Below are positions 58,657 through 64,000 of a DNA stretch of 64,000 bases, one piece after another. The DNA is taken from assembly GCA_021201815.1 (NCBI GenBank), contig JAJQEC010000135.1, positions 937-64,936 of the forward strand, given 5' to 3'. The position numbers were made by a program, and so were the translations under genes. Each line of letters starts with the position of its first letter. Position 1 is the stretch's first letter. Source of the DNA: Candidatus Azobacteroides sp. GTDB taxonomy: Bacteria; Bacteroidota; Bacteroidia; Bacteroidales; WRGA01. The notes beneath the pieces were generated by a model. That model had not been told where the DNA came from, did no database searches, and was given only the letters and a program-made list of their open reading frames with translations.

Positions 58657-59622
58657 ATGGGTATTTTTAGTTTTTTTTCCAAAGAGAAAAAAGAAACATT
58701 AGATAAAGGCCTTGAAAAAACCAAAAGTAATGTTTTTTCAAAGCTTTCCCGTGCATTAGTGGGAAAATCCAAAGTAGATGATGATGTGCTGGATGAACTG
58801 GAAGAGATTCTGATTACATCCGATGTGGGAGTAGACACCACGCTTAAAATCATTGAACGAATAGAACAACGGGTAGCCAGAGATAAATATGTGAGTACCG
58901 AAGAACTCCATAAAGTGCTCCGGGAAGAAATTGCGGATCTTCTGACTGAAAATAATGCGATAGATGCTGAAGATTTTTCAGTACCGATCACATCCGGAGT
59001 ACCTTATGTAATTATGGTGGTCGGTGTAAATGGAGTTGGAAAGACAACTACTATTGGTAAACTGGCATATCAGTTTAAAAAAGCCGGAAAGTCCGTTTAT
59101 CTGGGTGCGGCTGATACATTCAGGGCTGCTGCAGTAGAACAATTGATTATCTGGGGTGAAAGGGTAGGAGTACCTGTTATTCACCAGCAAATGGGGTCAG
59201 ATCCGGCATCAGTTGCATTTGATACATTAAATTCTGCTAAAAATAATGAAGCAGATATAGTAATCATTGATACAGCAGGAAGATTACACAATAAAATCGG
59301 TTTAATGAATGAATTGACAAAAATTAAAAATGTTATGCAGAAAGTCATTCCTGATGCTCCCCATGAAATACTTTTGGTACTAGATGGTTCTACCGGACAA
59401 AATGCTTTTGAGCAGGCAAAACAGTTTACTGCTGCTACAGAAGTAAATGCGCTGGCTATCACCAAGCTTGACGGTACGGCAAAGGGAGGAGTTGTAATAG
59501 GTATTTCCGACCAGTTTAAAACTCCGGTGAAGTATATTGGATTAGGAGAAGGGATGGAAGACTTGCAAGTCTTTAACCGGCGGGAATTTGTCGATTCTCT
59601 TTTTGGTGAAGAAAAAAACTAG
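58657..59622 (+). CDS. ftsY: Signal recognition particle receptor FtsY
   Basis: GVNGVGKTTTIGKLA, DTAGRL, TKLDGTAKGG. A -7 box TATCTTTG lies at 58610-58617. Confidence 0.95.
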   Translation: MGIFSFFSKEKKETLDKGLEKTKSNVFSKLSRALVGKSKVDDDVLDELEEILITSDVGVDTTLKIIERIEQRVARDKYVSTEELHKVLREEIADLLTENNAIDAEDFSVPITSGVPYVIMVVGVNGVGKTTTIGKLAYQFKKAGKSVYLGAADTFRAAAVEQLIIWGERVGVPVIHQQMGSDPASVAFDTLNSAKNNEADIVIIDTAGRLHNKIGLMNELTKIKNVMQKVIPDAPHEILLVLDGSTGQNAFEQAKQFTAATEVNALAITKLDGTAKGGVVIGISDQFKTPVKYIGLGEGMEDLQVFNRREFVDSLFGEEKN

Positions 59623-59647
59623 TATATAATGTATATATTATAAGTAG

Positions 59648-59679
59648 AAAGTCTGAAAATATATTTTTCAGACTTTTTT
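59648..59679 (+). terminator. Terminator after ftsY
   Basis: AAAGTCTGAAAA (59648-59659) pairs with TTTTCAGACTTT (59665-59676), followed by TTT. Confidence 0.6.
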
Positions 59680-59753
59680 CTTCATTCGTTACTTTTGTAT
59701 CTTCATCTTTTTCAGTGTTAAATTTAAAAATTGTCCGGTAAGTTTTTATATTT

Positions 59754-62267
59754 TTGTACCTTAAATTCCCACTTATGGCTAAAAAGAAAACCTCAAAAAA
59801 AACTCCTAAAAATACAACTGACCAACCGTCTTTATTAATTAGGACTATTTCCTTCTTTAAAGATGAACGTACACTTTTTGTATTGGGACTTATCGTTCTT
59901 TTATTTTCCTTTTATTTATTTTTTGCATTTATATCTTTCTTTTTTACCGGAGCTGCTGACCAAAGCCGGCTGGATAATGTCGATATGGCTCAGCTTCGTT
60001 CTATAAAAAATGAAATTCAAAACTGGACCGGAGTGCAGGGTGCATATATTGCCAATCTATTTATTAATAAATGGTTTGGTATTTCTTCTTTTTCTATTTT
60101 TATTTTTTTAATAGCTTTGTCTTTCAAATTAATGAAAATAAAAGCCTTTTCATTGATAAAAGCCTTCTTTTATTCTACAATCATCCTGATATGGGGGTCT
60201 TTATTTTTCGGTTTCTTTTTTATCAACAGCTATACTGATACATTTTTATATCTGGGAGGAGCGCATGGTTATTATCTGAGTTTGTGGTTGAACGCCAATA
60301 TCGGTGCACCGGGAACTTTCCTTTTAATCCTTGCTATTTTACTTATTTTTTTGGTTTTTACAAATAAGAATACTATTGAGTTTATACGAAAGATACTTAA
60401 CATTAAATTAAATATTATTCCAAAGAAAAATTCTTCGAAAGAAGAGGAATTAGATATCGATGAATTTGAAGAAGATAAAAATAATATATTTTCTTCTGAA
60501 CACCCTCTTGTATATAATGATTTTGAACCACAGGAACAAAAAAATAATATTGTTACCCGAAAATTCCAGAATGAAGAACCTATCACGGAAGAAATGGTTT
60601 CGGTAGATAAAAACGATGATATACCTGCTGATAGCGAATTTGAAATAACAATTGCCAAAGACGAAGAATATCAACTAACGGACCAGGAAGCATTAACTCT
60701 CAGAACAAACAGAAAGAATGATGAAGAAAATGACGATTACGATGCTTCGGAACTAGGAGAATATGACCCGACACTGGACTTATCTAATTATCAGTCTCCC
60801 TCTCTTTCTTTGTTGAAAAGATATGATAATAATACAGTTACTCCGGAACAGATCAGGGAAGAACAGAATGCCAATAAAAAACGGATTATTGAAACGTTAG
60901 GACATTATGGCATCGGAATTACTTCTATCAAAGCTACCGTAGGTCCGACCATTACTCTGTATGAAATTATTCCTGAACCGGGAGTCCGTATTTCTAAAAT
61001 ACGGAATCTGGAAGATGATATTGCATTGAGTTTGTCTGCATTGGGAATTCGTATTATTGCGCCTATCCCCGGTAAAGGAACCATTGGGATTGAAGTACCT
61101 AATAAAGAGCCGCAGATTGTTTCTATGCAAAGTATTATTGCGTCTAAAAAATTTCAGGAAACATCTTATGATCTACCTATTGCATTGGGTAAAACTATTA
61201 CCAATGAGATTTTTATGGTAGATTTATGTAAAATGCCGCACGTATTGGTTGCCGGGGCAACAGGACAGGGAAAATCAGTAGGTCTGAATGCGATTATTAC
61301 TTCTTTACTTTATAAAAAGCATCCTTCCCAGCTTAAGTTTGTTCTTATTGATCCTAAAAAGGTTGAATTTAATATTTATTCAAGTATTGAAAAACATTTC
61401 CTTGCAAAGCTTCCGGATGGAGAAGAGGCTATTATTACGGATGTAACTAAAGTTGTACAAACATTAAATTCTCTTACACGGGAAATGGATGACAGGTACG
61501 ATCTGTTGAAAAAAGCGCATGTAAGGAATGCCAAAGAGTACAATAATAAATTTATAAACCGGAGGTTGAATCCTGAAAAAGGACATCGGTTCCTACCATA
61601 TATTGTAGTTATTATTGATGAGTTCGGAGATTTGATTATGACAGCCGGGAAAGAGGTAGAACTGCCGATTGCCCGTATTGCTCAGCTGGCACGTGCAATC
61701 GGTATTCACATGATTATTGCCACACAACGTCCTACTACAAATATTATCACAGGTACTATTAAAGCAAACTTTCCGGCACGGGTCGCTTTTCGGGTATCTT
61801 CCATGATTGACTCCAGAACGATTCTTGATTGTCCGGGTGCAAATCAGCTGATCGGGCGGGGAGATATGTTATTTTCCCAAGGCGGCGAATTGATCCGGGT
61901 ACAATGTGCTTTTGTCGATACACCGGAAGCTGAAGATATTGCCAGTTCTATCGGAGAACAACAGGCATATCCGACAGCATATTATCTTCCTGAATATGTC
62001 GGGGATGGGGAAGATGGCGGAGCATTAGACGTTGATATGACGAAATTGGATCCTCTTTTTGAAGAAGCCGCGCGTCTCATTGTTGCTCATCAGCAAGGTT
62101 CTACTTCACTTATTCAGCGTAAATTTTCAATCGGTTATAATAGGGCTGGCCGGATTGTTGACCAGTTGGAAGCTGCGAATATTATCGGACCTTTTGAAGG
62201 AAGTAAAGCAAGACAGGTATTGGTGGATAGTGAATATCACCTGGAGCAGATTCTTGCTAAAATGTAA
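59754..62267 (+). CDS. ftsK: DNA translocase FtsK/SpoIIIE
   Basis: N-terminal TM helices. Walker A GATGQGKSV. Gamma wHTH domain STSLIQRKFSIGYNRAGRIVDQLE. The probable real start is ATG 59775 (MAKKKTSKK). Confidence 0.95.
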   Translation: MYLKFPLMAKKKTSKKTPKNTTDQPSLLIRTISFFKDERTLFVLGLIVLLFSFYLFFAFISFFFTGAADQSRLDNVDMAQLRSIKNEIQNWTGVQGAYIANLFINKWFGISSFSIFIFLIALSFKLMKIKAFSLIKAFFYSTIILIWGSLFFGFFFINSYTDTFLYLGGAHGYYLSLWLNANIGAPGTFLLILAILLIFLVFTNKNTIEFIRKILNIKLNIIPKKNSSKEEELDIDEFEEDKNNIFSSEHPLVYNDFEPQEQKNNIVTRKFQNEEPITEEMVSVDKNDDIPADSEFEITIAKDEEYQLTDQEALTLRTNRKNDEENDDYDASELGEYDPTLDLSNYQSPSLSLLKRYDNNTVTPEQIREEQNANKKRIIETLGHYGIGITSIKATVGPTITLYEIIPEPGVRISKIRNLEDDIALSLSALGIRIIAPIPGKGTIGIEVPNKEPQIVSMQSIIASKKFQETSYDLPIALGKTITNEIFMVDLCKMPHVLVAGATGQGKSVGLNAIITSLLYKKHPSQLKFVLIDPKKVEFNIYSSIEKHFLAKLPDGEEAIITDVTKVVQTLNSLTREMDDRYDLLKKAHVRNAKEYNNKFINRRLNPEKGHRFLPYIVVIIDEFGDLIMTAGKEVELPIARIAQLARAIGIHMIIATQRPTTNIITGTIKANFPARVAFRVSSMIDSRTILDCPGANQLIGRGDMLFSQGGELIRVQCAFVDTPEAEDIASSIGEQQAYPTAYYLPEYVGDGEDGGALDVDMTKLDPLFEEAARLIVAHQQGSTSLIQRKFSIGYNRAGRIVDQLEAANIIGPFEGSKARQVLVDSEYHLEQILAKM

Positions 62268-62666
62268 ACAGGATATAATCTTTATAAACATAAAAAACAA
62301 AACTGTGAGAGAGTGATTTTTCTATCTTACAGTTTTATTCTTTATTTGCTTTCTATAAAAATATTTTATTAAAAGATGTATTCTTTTTAGTAAAGCGGGT
62401 TAAAAAGGATGTCTGAAAGGAACTCCTATTTTTCTTTTAGTATGAAAGAAAAGTGCAATGTGCATAATGGAGTAATGAATCGAGTAAAAGCTCTTTCTTT
62501 CGTCCCGTTTATAAGGTTACTCCGTAAAACATAAAATTTACTGGATGTCCCGACTTTTGTATACAAGGTTAACTCTCTTAAAATTCCGGAGCTAATGTAT
62601 TCAATTTCCTCGGGAATAAAATACCCTATATAATTCGTAGATTTTCAATTCTTTATCCACACTCTC

Positions 62667-62709
62667 GCCGTAATACGTATTACACGAGCACCGTGATACG
62701 TATTACGGC
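62667..62709. promoter_or_regulatory. 17-bp-stem inverted repeat built from two copies of the palindrome GTAATACGTATTAC
   Basis: GCCGTAATACGTATTAC (62667-62683), 9-nt spacer, GTGATACGTATTACGGC (62693-62709). One G-T position, all others complementary. No adjacent U-run on either strand. Confidence 0.4.
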
Positions 62710-63054
62710 AAAGTCCTGAAAATATTTCTTTTATATTATTGCAAATCAACCGTTTATTTCAATTTATTTCCATGCTGTAAAATAAGATGAAAACCTGGCC
62801 GTTTCCATTATGGGTATGTATATACATAGGAAAGACAGAGAGAAAAAAACATTGTAATGCATCAGTCCGGCTCTCGTACTTGAATGAAAAGGATTTTATT
62901 ATTGAATGGCCCGGGAATATCTACTTATACAATCCGGTCCGGAATTTTACATCAAATGCCCTTTTACATTAAATGTATATTTCTCCAATAATTTTTCTGT
63001 AAAACAATTAGATTTGGGAAAGCAGGCTTTTTGAATTTATTAGTGAGAGATAAG

Positions 63055-63738
63055 TTATTTTGATTTTTCTTCTTTTCCTGCAACAATAATTACTATTTCT
63101 CCTTTTGGCTTTTTTTCTCTGAAATGTCGGATTAGTTCTTCCAGCGTACCTCTGATGGTTTCCTCATATATTTTGGATATTTCTCTGGATACAGACGCCT
63201 TTCTTTCTGTACCGAAAAAGGAGGCAAACTGTTCCAGTGTTTTTAAAAGACGAAAAGGAGATTCATAAAATATCATAGTCCGGCTTTCCTCTGCCAGAAA
63301 TTGCATTCTTGTATTTCTTCCCTTTTTCTGCGGTAGGAAACCTTCAAAGCAAAAACGATCACTCGGTAAACCGGAATTTACCAAAGCCGGTACAAAAGCA
63401 GTTGCTCCAGGCAGACATTCTACCTCAATGCCTGCTTCTACACATTCCCGTACAAGAAAAAAGCCAGGATCTGAGATGCCCGGTGTTCCTGCATCAGAAA
63501 TCAATGCTATAATTTCTCCTCCTTTCAGCCTTTGAATAATACCCTCCGTTGTTTTGTGCTCATTGAACTTATGATGGGAAAACATTTTATTTTTTATATT
63601 AAAATGCTGTAACAAAATACCGGATGTCCGGGTATCTTCTGCAAGAATCAGGTCTGCTTCTTTTAGTATTCTGATAGCCCGTAAGGTCATATCTTCCAGG
63701 TTTCCAACAGGAGTTGGAACAATATATAATTTACCCAT
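63055..63738 (-). CDS. rsmI: 16S rRNA (cytidine1402-2'-O)-methyltransferase
   Basis: GKLYIVPTPVGNLEDMTLRAIRILKEADLILAEDTR and SDAGTPGISDPG motifs. Confidence 0.9.
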   Translation of the reverse strand: MGKLYIVPTPVGNLEDMTLRAIRILKEADLILAEDTRTSGILLQHFNIKNKMFSHHKFNEHKTTEGIIQRLKGGEIIALISDAGTPGISDPGFFLVRECVEAGIEVECLPGATAFVPALVNSGLPSDRFCFEGFLPQKKGRNTRMQFLAEESRTMIFYESPFRLLKTLEQFASFFGTERKASVSREISKIYEETIRGTLEELIRHFREKKPKGEIVIIVAGKEEKSK

Positions 63739-63741
63739 GTT

Positions 63742-64000
63742 TTATATAATAGTATTAGAAAAGCGTCTTTCCAGAAAATCCATAAACTTTATACTAACCT
63801 GGTTTTCCATATCCCATTTTAATTTATTTTCTAAATATGAAATACTTTCTTCATAAGTGGATAGTGTATTCAGCATACCGATTGTATCATTCATTTTTTT
63901 CGGATTATTTTCAAAGATTTCTCTTAAGAAATAAAATTTATCATTTAAACTGAAATACTTTTGTATATCCTGAAATGTTGTATCTAAAGCCGGATTGACA
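63742..64000 (-). CDS. 3' end of an unidentified gene running off the right edge of the window
   Basis: My own translation of the minus strand gives an open frame from the window edge to TAA at 63744-63742: ...LNDKFYFLREIFENNPKKMNDTIGMLNTLSTYEESISYLENKLKWDMENQVSIKFMDFLERRFSNTII. It ends 3 nt before the rsmI start. Confidence 0.45.
   Translation of the reverse strand, partial: VNPALDTTFQDIQKYFSLNDKFYFLREIFENNPKKMNDTIGMLNTLSTYEESISYLENKLKWDMENQVSIKFMDFLERRFSNTII

Overview
This 64-kb window looks like a Bacteroidota chromosome. Evidence: the T9SS translocon gene sprA, five ORFs ending in T9SS C-terminal sorting domains (CTD), TAnnTTTG-type -7 promoter boxes, and the gene orders DUF4271-hemD-rnpA-yidD and rpmB-rpmG-DUF4295-ftsY. 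Left third (1-16 kb, visibly more GC-rich in spot counts): two paralogous T9SS cargo genes, one disrupted by a 5-bp tandem duplication; a TonB-dependent receptor with a small His-rich protein; and a cobalamin-riboswitch locus. That locus encodes a BtuB-like receptor, one propeller lipoprotein and three CTD-bearing secreted proteins, one of which carries a transcobalamin-like (DUF4430-type) domain. I rank this locus as the best candidate for an undescribed system: T9SS-displayed corrinoid capture. A roughly 1-kb ORF-free, repeat-laden spacer (15.7-16.8 kb) follows. Then come an AraC/GyrI-like regulator with a QueG-like Fe-S protein, an L,D-transpeptidase, sugar-type oxidoreductases, a ROK kinase, an IspH fused to a PNPOx-like domain, a TonB-like protein, and two convergent DUF4861 genes. 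The first DUF4861 gene is flanked by two copies of a small promoter-plus-terminator unit (candidate sRNA), with copy 2 lying between the convergent pair. The right half is mostly housekeeping: LOG, hemD, rnpA, yidD, rhomboid, YtxH trio, purL, ruvX, def, acyl-CoA carboxyltransferase plus biotin carrier, gmd, fcl, lpxB, ruvA, sprA, rpmB, rpmG, ftsY, ftsK, rsmI. Three genes are split exactly at A/T homopolymers, so these are probably sequencing indels. No rRNA, tRNA, CRISPR array, transposase or integrase gene was recognised. All functional calls come from motif recognition by eye, not from searches.
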